From an uncultured Pseudomonadota bacterium (GTDB lineage Bacteria > SAR324 > NAC60-12), in the NCBI GenBank assembly GCA_913020725.1, contig CAJWCD010000053.1, positions 1 through 22,181 of the forward strand: a stretch of 22,181 bases of DNA, in the 5' to 3' direction. This document shows positions 1-8,809 of the stretch, piece by piece. The notes beneath the pieces are model-generated. The model saw nothing but the letters and a program-made list of their open reading frames with translations, made no database searches and was not told the origin of the DNA. Position 1 is the first letter of the stretch; each line of letters opens with the position of its first letter. Both the position numbers and the translations under genes were made by a program.

Positions 1-220
1 CGATGGTGGTGATTGCTTTGCCAGCGACTTCGCCCACAGTGATTCCACAGGAGCGTACAGCGCGTCCGTTGACATGAACGGTGCAGGCCCCGCACTGTTC
101 AATGCCGCAGCCGTACTTGGTGCCGTGAAGCTTGAGATGATCCCGCAGCGCCCAGAGCAGGGGCGTGGCCGGATCAAGCTCCAGCTCGCGCTGGTGTCCG
201 TTGATGCTTAGTGTGGTCAT
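1..220 (-). CDS. (2Fe-2S)-binding small subunit of a molybdopterin oxidoreductase (IorA/CoxS family), 5' part; truncated by window edge
   Basis: Not in the ORF track. Manual translation from ATG at 220 gives MTTLSINGHQRELELDPATPLLWALRDHLKLHGTKYGCGIEQCGACTVHVNGRAVRSC...ITTI, containing the GTKxGCGxxxCGACTV...RSC ferredoxin motif. Strong RBS GAGGAGGT at 233-226. Confidence 0.93.
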   Translation of the reverse strand, partial: MTTLSINGHQRELELDPATPLLWALRDHLKLHGTKYGCGIEQCGACTVHVNGRAVRSCGITVGEVAGKAITTI

Positions 221-294
221 TTCGGACCTCCTCGGTTTAGGATTGAACAAGGCTGTCCACGATTCGCGAGAAACAGCCATCCGGATAAGAACCT

Positions 295-1893
295 CTATTC
301 AAACTCCCGGAAATCTTCCCGTCGGTTTTTGGGGCTTGGAAGCTGCTGATACTCGGTCGCTACCACACGCTTGGCGGAGGCCGGGGGCAGCTCCGGCTCT
401 GGACGAGGGACGGGGTCTGCTCGATTGCTGGAGACAAACAAATCCCGCAACCGCTTGGCCTCATACGCCATCGAAGTGCTGGCTGTTGCGGTTTGCTCCA
501 CCACCGCTGCGTTTTCCTGCGTGAGTTGATCCATGTCCGTGATGGCTTTGTTGACCTGCTCAATGCCTTGGACATGCTCGGCACTCGCCGCCTCAATGCC
601 CTCCATGACTTCTGAGAATTCGACCACCGCCTTGAGGATGAGGTCGAGATTTTCCCCGGTTTCTTCACGCAGTTGGGTGAGCATGCCATCGGTTTCCCCG
701 CGCAGTTCCGTCAGCGTGGAGTCTCCTTTGGTGACCAGCTCGCGTCCGGTGTTGATGCGTTCCAGACTGGTTTCGATGAGATCACTGATTTTCTTAGAGG
801 CTTTGCTAGAGCGGTAGGCGAGTTTGCGGATCTCGGAGGCGACAACGGCAAAGCCCTTGCCGTGTTCCCCGGCGCGGGCGGCTTCCACCGAGGCGTTGAG
901 TGCGAGCAGGTTGGTCTGGAAAGTGATGTCGTTTATCAAGTTGATGATGCCGCCAATGCGCTTGGAACTGTCGGTGATGTCACTCATCGCCTCCACGATC
1001 GTCGTATTGGTCTCTTGCAAGTGCAACAAAGTCTTGGTGTTGGATGCAATGGTCTTCTGCACCGTGTCCAGCACCTGTGCCCTGCTTTGATCTGCCGATT
1101 CACGGGTGGTTTTCACCAACTTGTTGGCGCGCTTGACCTCAGCTGTGTTGTTCTTGACGATGCTCTCCATCTCCTCCATCGAGGCGGCGGTTTCTTCCAG
1201 CGACGCACTCTGGCGGTTGGTGCGGTCAGCGAGGTCCTGGTTGGCGTCCGCAATCTCCTGCGAACCGTGATCCATGGTGAGGACGAGCTTGCTAACCGGA
1301 CGAGTCACCAGTCGGTTGATAAGCAGCAGCAGCACGAGTGTGCCGACGATGAGGACACCTGCGGTGGTGGAAAAGGCGACCGTGAGCAGTTCCTGCTGCG
1401 AGGCGTTGAGTTGCGCCTTGCTCCAAGCAATGCCTGTGAAGCCGCCAAGCGTGTCGTCCGGAAGATGCGCAGAGCGGAAGACCACATAGTGATCGGGAGT
1501 GTTCAACTCGTACAGTTCCTTCTGGAGCAATTCGTCCAGATGCTTGTGGATCACCTCGTCCAGCTGATAGCTCTTGAGGTTGTCGGAGCGATAGGTGTGC
1601 AGCAGCTCTCCGGAGAGGTCATACGCCTTGAAGAGCGCGAGGTCTCCCTTGGAGGCGTTGATGAACGCCTTGGCCTTCTTGCCGATGATGCGGGAATCCC
1701 CAAGGTGCAACGCCGGTGCGATCTCGTCGGCAATCAACTGCGTGAGCCGGGATTGTCGGTTTTGAAGCTGTTCGGCGGCGGCTTGGCTCTGGAGTTGGAT
1801 CAGGGTGAGGGCCAGAGCGACGATGCCCACGCTGAATCCCAACGTGATGATGAAAGCGAGCCGGGTGCCGAGGGTGAGCTTGCGCCAGCGCAT
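295..1893 (-). CDS. Methyl-accepting chemotaxis protein
   Basis: Two TM segments flank a periplasmic domain. Hairpin-tip motif [35 protein letters not shown]; methylation helix [14 protein letters not shown]. Confidence 0.96.
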   Translation of the reverse strand: MRWRKLTLGTRLAFIITLGFSVGIVALALTLIQLQSQAAAEQLQNRQSRLTQLIADEIAPALHLGDSRIIGKKAKAFINASKGDLALFKAYDLSGELLHTYRSDNLKSYQLDEVIHKHLDELLQKELYELNTPDHYVVFRSAHLPDDTLGGFTGIAWSKAQLNASQQELLTVAFSTTAGVLIVGTLVLLLLINRLVTRPVSKLVLTMDHGSQEIADANQDLADRTNRQSASLEETAASMEEMESIVKNNTAEVKRANKLVKTTRESADQSRAQVLDTVQKTIASNTKTLLHLQETNTTIVEAMSDITDSSKRIGGIINLINDITFQTNLLALNASVEAARAGEHGKGFAVVASEIRKLAYRSSKASKKISDLIETSLERINTGRELVTKGDSTLTELRGETDGMLTQLREETGENLDLILKAVVEFSEVMEGIEAASAEHVQGIEQVNKAITDMDQLTQENAAVVEQTATASTSMAYEAKRLRDLFVSSNRADPVPRPEPELPPASAKRVVATEYQQLPSPKNRREDFREFE

Positions 1894-1897
1894 GGGC

Positions 1898-2311
1898 CTA
1901 CTCCACCGTGATGGTGATGCGTTCGCCCATCACCGGAGGGTCGTGGGGGATGTGGGAGTAGTCCCCCAGCACCAACTGGAGCGTGTGCTGGCCCTTGGTG
2001 AGGTTGACCGTCTTTTCCGTCTGGCCCAGATTGAAGTGAATGTGCTGCTTGCCAATCGCCTTGTTCGGGTTGGGCGGCTTGTCGTCCAGGATGATGTGGA
2101 AGTGCCCCGTGTCCGGCCAATCCGCCAATGCTGGAGCGATGCCCATTTGCTCGGTCAGCCGACAGCGAATCAGGACTGGCGCCTTGACCGTGTCACCGTC
2201 CTTGAGGTCAAGGAAGTACACCTTGGCTCCTTCCGGAGACGGAGTTTCCCCGGCAAAAAGCGTCAGGGGCAACAGGAGCAGGAGGTTGAGCAGCAGAGTG
2301 GTGGTGCGCAT
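1898..2311 (-). CDS. Exported DUF4399-like protein (start may be 2311 or 2344)
   Basis: Signal peptide [20 protein letters not shown], followed by [57 protein letters not shown], as recalled for DUF4399. Confidence 0.8.
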   Translation of the reverse strand: MRTTTLLLNLLLLLPLTLFAGETPSPEGAKVYFLDLKDGDTVKAPVLIRCRLTEQMGIAPALADWPDTGHFHIILDDKPPNPNKAIGKQHIHFNLGQTEKTVNLTKGQHTLQLVLGDYSHIPHDPPVMGERITITVE

Positions 2312-2542
2312 GGAGCGGATTCGGGTTGGATGGTTAGCAGACATTCACCTGCCAAGGGTAGTCTCTTACTGCAGGAAATACAAATTTTTAATCAACCAGC
2401 ATGAGGATGAGCAAGGGTGCGGTTCTTTCCTTGCAATGCGCTCCGCAAGTTTATACTGTGCTTACTAGGCACTGAGCCATCCTGTTCCAACGAGAACTTT
2501 CCCCTGATTTCGATTTAAGCAGCACTCCACCTTCCTCCCTTG

Positions 2543-2659
2543 ATGGCTGATTCTACCCGCGTTCTGGTGATTGACGACTCAGTCCTTGCTCGCAAGCTGC
2601 CCACGGAAATTTTTGTCAGCAATCCGGAAATGCCTGACCCTGTAGCAATTTCACAATGA
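2543..2659 (+). pseudogene. 38-codon ORF resembling the N-terminus of a CheB-type receiver domain (remnant or uORF)
   Basis: MADSTRVLVIDDSVLARKLPTEIFVSNPEMPDPVAISQ* resembles the CheB start RVL(V/I)VDDSxxxRxxLxEILxxDPxI. Its TGA overlaps the ClC ATG (ATGA at 2656-2659). Confidence 0.6.
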
Positions 2660-4962
2660 GTTCCTCTGCGCATCCCCTGCTTTCCCGCTTAGCACTACCA
2701 CCAGCCTTGCGGAACTGGCGTCCGGGCGCAGGCAGCAATCCGGAATCCGTCTCCATGCTGCTGATTGCGGTGGTGGTTGGCATTGGGGCTGGTTTGGGCG
2801 CGGTGGTGTTTCGTCAACTGATCAACGGCATCCACGAGTTTTCGTATGGAGATGTGGCAGGCTGGCTTTCCGGCATGGGTGGCTGGCATCTGCTGGTGAT
2901 CCCGGCCTTGGGGGGAGCCATCGTTGGACCGCTGGTACACTACTACGCCCGCGAGGCCAAGGGGCACGGGGTTCCGGAGGTGATGCAAGCGCTGGAACTG
3001 AGGGGTGGGCGCATTCGCCCACGAGTTGCCATCGTTAAGGCCCTCGCCTCCTCCGTGTGCATCGGCACGGGAGGTTCGGTTGGGCGCGAGGGGCCGATTG
3101 CGCAAATCGGTTCGGCCCTCGGTTCGTGGCTGGGACAACTGCTCAAGCTCTCCGATGATCGACTACGGACGCTGGTGGCCTGCGGCGCAGCGGGCGGAGT
3201 GGCTGCGACCTTCAACGCCCCCATTGCCGGAGCGGTGTTTGCGCTGGAGGTTTTGCTACGGCGCTTCGGCAGCGCCTATTTTGGCGCGGTCGTGATCTCG
3301 GCGGTGACGGCGGACGTGGTGGCACACTACTTTGAGGGGGATTCCCGCACCTTTGCGGTGCCTCAATACGTCCTCAACTCTCCGTGGGAACTCGGACTTT
3401 ACCTCGTGCTGGGCTTGCTTGCGGCAGTGCTGTCAGTGGGTTTCACGCGACTGCTCTACTTCTCTGAAGACCTCTGGGACAAAATCCGCGTGATTCCGGA
3501 ACCGGCCAAGCCGATTGCCGGCGGGGTGCTGCTGGGCGTGTTGGGCATTTACACCTTCCAGCTTGAGGGCATCCCGCGCATTTTCGGAGTCGGTTACGAA
3601 ACAATCACCTCCGCGCTTTTCAGCGAGTTGACGCTGCAAATGACGCTGGCTCTCCTCTTCCTCAAGATGCTCGCCACCGCGCTCACCCTCGGAGCCGGAG
3701 GTTCCGGAGGCGTGTTTGCCCCCTCGCTCTTCATGGGCGCGATGCTCGGAGCGTGTTTTGGACAAGCAGCGGGCTTGCTCTTTCCGGAAATTGCTGCGCC
3801 CTCCGGAGCCTATGCATTGGTCGGCATGGCGGCGTTCTTCAGTGGGGCGGCCCATGCACCGATCACGTCCATCCTCATCCTCTTCGAGATGACGGGGAAT
3901 TACGAGATCATCCTGCCGCTCATGCTGGCGACCGTCGTCAGCACCCTGATTTCCCGCAAGATCAGCCGCGAATCCATCTACACCCTCAAGCTGAGTCGGC
4001 GTGGGGTGGTGGTGCAACAGCAGCAGGAGGTGGACCTCATGCAGCGCGTGAGTGTGGGGGAGGCCATGCACCACGACGTGGAAACCGTATCAACTACCCT
4101 GACGCTGGAGGAACTCTCCGACCGCTTCGCGCACACGCACCGCACCGGATTTCTGGTGGTGGAAAACGGCAACCAGCTCGTGGGCGTGGTGAGCATTGGC
4201 GATTTGGAACGTGCTTTGGGCAAACCTGAGCCACAAGTCCACACTGTTCAGGACATCGCCACCACAGAAAATTTGCTCGTGGCCACCCCAGAGGAACCCA
4301 TGTGGGTGGCCCTGCGGCAGTTGGGCATCCGGGACATCGGGCGGCTCCCGGTGGTCCGGAGCGAGTCAGACTGGACCGTAGTGGGTGTGTTGCGGCGTAT
4401 TGACATCATCCGTGCCTACAACCACGCGATCAATGAACATGCCCTTGAACAGCACCGCGATGAGATGTTGCAACTCCGGCATCTCGACCAAACCGGACTC
4501 ATCCAACTCCAGCTTCCCGCGAACTCCCCGGTGGTGGGACGGCGGGTGCGGGAGTTGAGCCTTGGCGAGGATTGCCTGCTCGTCTCGGTGCGGCGCAAGG
4601 GACGGTTGCGGCTGGTGCGGGGTGAGACGGTGTTGCAAGCCGGGGATCAGGTGACCGTGTTTGCCGAGAAACCCCGGGCGGAAAACCTCCGGAAGCAACT
4701 GCTGGGTGAAGCACCGATGGAGGAGCAAACCCAAAACGGCCACGTCCGGCACCGCGAGGTGAGCATTCCAGCGCAGGCCGAGATCGTGGGACGCCCGGTA
4801 CGTGAGTTGCAGTTGCCGCAGGATTGTGTGCTGGTGCGGGTGTTGCGGGGTTCGGAGATCATTTTGCCTCGAGGTGACACGGTGTTGCAGGCGCAGGACC
4901 GCGTGGAAATCTTTGGCGTGGACGAGTGTTTGTCTGAAGCCGAACAGTGTTTGATCAAATGA
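2656..4962 (+). CDS. ClC-family chloride channel/transporter with a CBS pair and two TrkA-C (RCK_C) domains
   Basis: Motifs GHGVPE, GREGP, FNAPIAG, GGVFAP and SIY; many TM helices; CBS pair from about residue 460; two RCK_C-like repeats (VGRxVRELxL...RGxTVLQAxD). Confidence 0.95.
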   Translation: MSSSAHPLLSRLALPPALRNWRPGAGSNPESVSMLLIAVVVGIGAGLGAVVFRQLINGIHEFSYGDVAGWLSGMGGWHLLVIPALGGAIVGPLVHYYAREAKGHGVPEVMQALELRGGRIRPRVAIVKALASSVCIGTGGSVGREGPIAQIGSALGSWLGQLLKLSDDRLRTLVACGAAGGVAATFNAPIAGAVFALEVLLRRFGSAYFGAVVISAVTADVVAHYFEGDSRTFAVPQYVLNSPWELGLYLVLGLLAAVLSVGFTRLLYFSEDLWDKIRVIPEPAKPIAGGVLLGVLGIYTFQLEGIPRIFGVGYETITSALFSELTLQMTLALLFLKMLATALTLGAGGSGGVFAPSLFMGAMLGACFGQAAGLLFPEIAAPSGAYALVGMAAFFSGAAHAPITSILILFEMTGNYEIILPLMLATVVSTLISRKISRESIYTLKLSRRGVVVQQQQEVDLMQRVSVGEAMHHDVETVSTTLTLEELSDRFAHTHRTGFLVVENGNQLVGVVSIGDLERALGKPEPQVHTVQDIATTENLLVATPEEPMWVALRQLGIRDIGRLPVVRSESDWTVVGVLRRIDIIRAYNHAINEHALEQHRDEMLQLRHLDQTGLIQLQLPANSPVVGRRVRELSLGEDCLLVSVRRKGRLRLVRGETVLQAGDQVTVFAEKPRAENLRKQLLGEAPMEEQTQNGHVRHREVSIPAQAEIVGRPVRELQLPQDCVLVRVLRGSEIILPRGDTVLQAQDRVEIFGVDECLSEAEQCLIK

Positions 4963-4978
4963 AACGATTAGGAAAACG

Positions 4979-6850
4979 GTGACCTCAACGAAAAAATGGC
5001 TGCTCGCCATCCTTGGAGTGGTGGTAGTGCTGGGAGGTGCTTCCGGATTTGTGGTGAGCTATTTTGTGGGACAGCGGGTGGCACAACGCCTATCGGCCCC
5101 CGTGGAGCGTGGCGGCTGGACGCTCACGCCCGGACCTTTGCAGCACCAGTTGGGCTACTTCAGCAGCCGCACGGTGGTTTCCGATGCGCGGTTACAGCTT
5201 GGCGAAAACGAACTGGCGATCCCGGAATTCACCGTCACACTGCAGTTGGATGGGGCGGAAGTCCACGCTCCCGTAATTTCCGGAAATCTCGTCCAGCCGG
5301 AGGGACTGGCCCTGAAAATTGGCGATGCACGGGTGCAGTTGCCCATGGACAGCCTACGTCCAGAGGCTCCGTTGCGTAAGGGCAGCTTGACGATGAGGCA
5401 GGTGGACCTGATTTCCGCAGAGGGGAGTTTCTCGTTGGAGGGTGTGGTCATCAACGCCACGCAGGCGCAACATGCGGTTTGGGACACGCTGACAGTGCTG
5501 GTGGCAAAACTTGGCTTCGATGCTCCCAATGTGGCCGTGGTCGCCCAATCGGTGCGGATGCAGCAGAATCACGATCCACTTGTCGAGAATCGCCTTGGCG
5601 TCATGGTGCAACTGGAGGTCGGCGAACTGATCGCCCGGAACCTCAGCAGCGAGACGACGCTGGACTGGAGCACTGTTTCCGCCAACGTGGACCTGGAGAT
5701 CAACGGCACTCGTCGCACGGTATTCTGGAACACGTTGCGCATGACCAGCAAAACTGGCGGGTGGGAGCATTACGCCGCCCGCTACGCCCCGGACATGAAG
5801 CGGGTGGCACTGAAATCAGGAACGCTTCAGTTTGGGGACAGTGCTCTCGAGGTGGGCTTTGTACGTTTCAATGCCGAAGGGGGAAGCACGGAGCAAGGTG
5901 AGCAGACCCACACAAATTTCTCCGGAATGTGGGAAGAACTGAGCGCGATTTCCAATGCAGGAGCGCAGGTAGAGGCCAAGCGTTTCACGCTGGAATCCGA
6001 AGGACAATACCTCACCAAGCACTATCGCCAACTTTCGCGCTTGCTGGAGCAGAAACAACTCACCTCGCCCTTGGAACTCGTAAATGCACTCTATGCCTAT
6101 CTGGAGGAAGTCCACTCCAATTCCCGCATGAGCTTCACCAATCTGGGCTTCAAGGATGCCGCCCAGCCCGAACCACTCATGATTGATGAGGGAACGCTGG
6201 AACTGGACCTTCAGTTCAAGAACGGAGTGGGGGAATTTGAACTGCGCCCAACCGTGCGCATCAGTCAACTGTCCGTGTTGCAACCCTTCGTGCCCGTGCA
6301 GATTCCCTTTGCCGCGCTTGAGCAGGAGTGGCGCTGGTACGGCAAGCAACTCGACGTGTCAGCGTTTCAGGAATGGCTCACGGAGGCGGCAAAATCTGAG
6401 AAACCTGAAGCAACCTTGAGCCTCGCCGATGACGGGTTGCGTACATTTATACAGGCGCAACCAGAGTCCGGTTTGAGTGTGGTGCTAAAAACGCAGGGGG
6501 GGCCGGAAATCGCCCTCTCGGTGCAACTGGTGCTGGACCAGCCGTGGCCGACGGATTTCTCGCTCCAGCAACTCCGCTCCGGAAGCGGTCCGCTCAAGCA
6601 GGCGCTCCTGAAGTCCAGCACCTTGCGTGTGGAGGCCGTGGTGGACGATTCCGCGAAACTCGCCACTATGTTTGACTACATGATGGGCGGTGGGACCGGG
6701 CAGTTGTTCCTGCTGCAACTGCGGCCCTACACAAAGATGCAGGGCAACGAGTTGCGCAGCAAACTGTTGGTGCAGCGGGGGCAGGCGAGTCTCAATGGAC
6801 GTCCGGACGAACTCATCACCCTCATGATCCACGGGATGCTCGCCAACTGA
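4979..6850 (+). CDS. Membrane-anchored hypothetical protein, YdgA/DUF945-like
   Basis: GTG start after AGGA. N-terminal anchor KKWLLAILGVVVVLGG, GYFSS motif, beta-rich body, and a C-terminal ...ELRSKLLVQRGQASLNGRP similar to YdgA-family ends. Confidence 0.6.
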   Translation: MTSTKKWLLAILGVVVVLGGASGFVVSYFVGQRVAQRLSAPVERGGWTLTPGPLQHQLGYFSSRTVVSDARLQLGENELAIPEFTVTLQLDGAEVHAPVISGNLVQPEGLALKIGDARVQLPMDSLRPEAPLRKGSLTMRQVDLISAEGSFSLEGVVINATQAQHAVWDTLTVLVAKLGFDAPNVAVVAQSVRMQQNHDPLVENRLGVMVQLEVGELIARNLSSETTLDWSTVSANVDLEINGTRRTVFWNTLRMTSKTGGWEHYAARYAPDMKRVALKSGTLQFGDSALEVGFVRFNAEGGSTEQGEQTHTNFSGMWEELSAISNAGAQVEAKRFTLESEGQYLTKHYRQLSRLLEQKQLTSPLELVNALYAYLEEVHSNSRMSFTNLGFKDAAQPEPLMIDEGTLELDLQFKNGVGEFELRPTVRISQLSVLQPFVPVQIPFAALEQEWRWYGKQLDVSAFQEWLTEAAKSEKPEATLSLADDGLRTFIQAQPESGLSVVLKTQGGPEIALSVQLVLDQPWPTDFSLQQLRSGSGPLKQALLKSSTLRVEAVVDDSAKLATMFDYMMGGGTGQLFLLQLRPYTKMQGNELRSKLLVQRGQASLNGRPDELITLMIHGMLAN

Positions 6851-6859
6851 GCCTCGTGT

Positions 6860-7906
6860 TCAGGGCAGGGAGTGCGACGCCTCACTGAGGTTGCGGAGTT
6901 TTTGCAAGGCGAGGTCGCGTCCGAGAATCCCCAATCCACAATCCGGAGCCGCGATCAGCCGCTCCGCGTCAATGTGTTCGAGCGCGGCTTTGAGCCGTTC
7001 CCGGATTTCCTCCACCGACTCCACCCGGCTGCTCGCGATCGTCACCACTCCAAGGATGATCGTGGTGGTCTTGTAGCGCTCCAGCAGCTTGAGATCGTTG
7101 TGGCGATGCGCGTCTTCCAGTGAAATCGCCATCACCGACGATGCCTCCATCGCATCGGCAATCTGGAGGTAGGATTCTTGCGGGGCTTTCGGATAGTCCT
7201 CGCGGTCAATGCGGTCTGGGTAGCCGCAGCACATGTGGACTGTCCGCATGACACCATCGGGGCAGCCGTGGAAGGCACGTTCCAGATTCTCCACGCCATA
7301 CTCAAGGGCGCGTTCCGGATAGCGAGCAAAGAGTGGTTCGTCGATCTGGATGTGCCGACAGCCCGCTGCGGCTAGGCTGAGGACTTCTTGGTTCAACGCC
7401 TCAGCTATCGCCTTCCCTAGCGTGTTCAAATCCCCGTAGTGATCGTCCACAATCGTGTCTCCGACCGTCAGTGGTCCGGGCATGGTGATCTTCACGGGAC
7501 GGTCGGTGGCTTGCTGTGCGCGTTTCCAGTCACTCGCGAGGAAAAGATCACGGGGCTGGATTGGCCCCCGCACGGTGGGCAGCAAGGCGCTGTAGTTCCC
7601 GCTACGCAAGGCCTTTTCAGTGAGGTTCTTGAAGTCAATACCTTCAAGGTGTCGGCAGTGGTAATGGATGTAGTTTTCGCGGGCGATCTCGCCATCGGTG
7701 GGAATGTCGATCCCGGCGTTCACCTGATCCTGTACGGCTTCATGGGTTCCGCGCTCAAGGATGGCTCCAGCCTTGTCTCCCAGCGCGTCTAGCGCCTCGG
7801 CCCAGTTGATGGTGGGGTCGGATGTGTCGCAATTGTCGAACCAATCTGGGAGTTTCACATATTCAGGTTTTGGGTAGGCGCCGATGGTGGTGGTTTGTAG
7901 GCTCAT
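6860..7906 (-). CDS. Cobalamin-independent methionine synthase II family protein (core, MetE C-terminal barrel only)
   Basis: TTTIGAYPKP, AGIDIPTDGE..R, IQIDEP, Zn ligands HMC and PDCG. At 348 aa it is about half of full-length MetE. Confidence 0.9.
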   Translation of the reverse strand: MSLQTTTIGAYPKPEYVKLPDWFDNCDTSDPTINWAEALDALGDKAGAILERGTHEAVQDQVNAGIDIPTDGEIARENYIHYHCRHLEGIDFKNLTEKALRSGNYSALLPTVRGPIQPRDLFLASDWKRAQQATDRPVKITMPGPLTVGDTIVDDHYGDLNTLGKAIAEALNQEVLSLAAAGCRHIQIDEPLFARYPERALEYGVENLERAFHGCPDGVMRTVHMCCGYPDRIDREDYPKAPQESYLQIADAMEASSVMAISLEDAHRHNDLKLLERYKTTTIILGVVTIASSRVESVEEIRERLKAALEHIDAERLIAAPDCGLGILGRDLALQKLRNLSEASHSLP

Positions 7907-7927
7907 AGTTTTTTTAGCAGTGAGGAT

Positions 7928-8809
7928 TCAAGCACAGCCCCCGGCACGGAGGCCGAGGACGATTGCGGAATAGTGCGGGTGCTCCGGCGTGAGAATACCG
8001 TGTCGCACAAAGAAGTCGATGATGACAAGATTGCAGTTGAGTTTGATCTCATCGGTTTCAGCGACGAGACGGACCACTTCCTCGATGGGCAGCAGCTCAA
8101 AACCCTCAACCTCGCCGTCCGTGTTTTCCGGTTCAAAATCTTCCGGAAGCTCCAGATCGTAAGTGAAGAGCAAGTCGCGCTTGATGAGGCCGTAGTGATC
8201 CATGAAAACAGTGACAAATCCGTTGGGACGGCAGCGTTGTGCCAAGGACTCCGGGATTCCAGCTTCCTCCCAACACTCCCGGAGGGTGACCTCCCACGCG
8301 CTCTGTCCGGCAGTGAGTCCTCCTGCCACAAGCTGGTCGAGGTAGCCCGGATAGTGCGGACGATCCTTGGCGCGGCGGGCGATCCACATCCAGAGGCCCT
8401 CGGGTTTTTGGACGAAACCATTGAGGTGAACGCCGTAGCTGCAAATCCCAAGGGGTTGTGCGGCGGCGCGTTCCACGAGCAGGAGTGGTTCATCGTCAAA
8501 ACGGGTGGAAACACGGTACAACTCGTCCCGCCATCCGGGAACCCAGCCGCGTTTCCGCCACTCCGCCAACACCTCGCCCACAGCACTCGTCCGGGCTTCC
8601 GGCGTGTTGAGATGCTCCTGCACCCAAACCTCGGTATCTGTCACCCCAAACACAGCGCTGTGTTTCCGGAAACGGGACAGGTGGTCTTTGGGCACCCAAC
8701 CGATGACGGTGTCGCCAATGCGCAAGGAGGCAAAGCGTGTGAGGTCGCGAGCATTGCAACGCCGCACCCAGCGCTGGAGGTTGTGATCGGGGTGGTGGAA
8801 GTCGTTCAT
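7928..8809 (-). CDS. Nudix hydrolase with DUF4743 (Tnr3/YJR142W-like); start probably 8809 (ORF open to 8860)
   Basis: GWRDELY, ERAA..LGI..YGVHLNG, WIARRA..PGYLDQLVAGG, Nudix box RECWEEAG, YDLELP..P.N.DGEV..F. Confidence 0.9.
   Translation of the reverse strand: MNDFHHPDHNLQRWVRRCNARDLTRFASLRIGDTVIGWVPKDHLSRFRKHSAVFGVTDTEVWVQEHLNTPEARTSAVGEVLAEWRKRGWVPGWRDELYRVSTRFDDEPLLLVERAAAQPLGICSYGVHLNGFVQKPEGLWMWIARRAKDRPHYPGYLDQLVAGGLTAGQSAWEVTLRECWEEAGIPESLAQRCRPNGFVTVFMDHYGLIKRDLLFTYDLELPEDFEPENTDGEVEGFELLPIEEVVRLVAETDEIKLNCNLVIIDFFVRHGILTPEHPHYSAIVLGLRAGGCA

Noticed and set aside
673..1911. 412-aa plus-strand ORF
   Set aside because: Antisense shadow of the MCP gene; no recognisable motifs, and long shadow ORFs are expected in GC-rich coding DNA.
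2431..2457. TTGCAA...TATACT possible sigma70 promoter for the ClC unit
   Set aside because: The spacer is only 15 bp; plausible but too weak to call.
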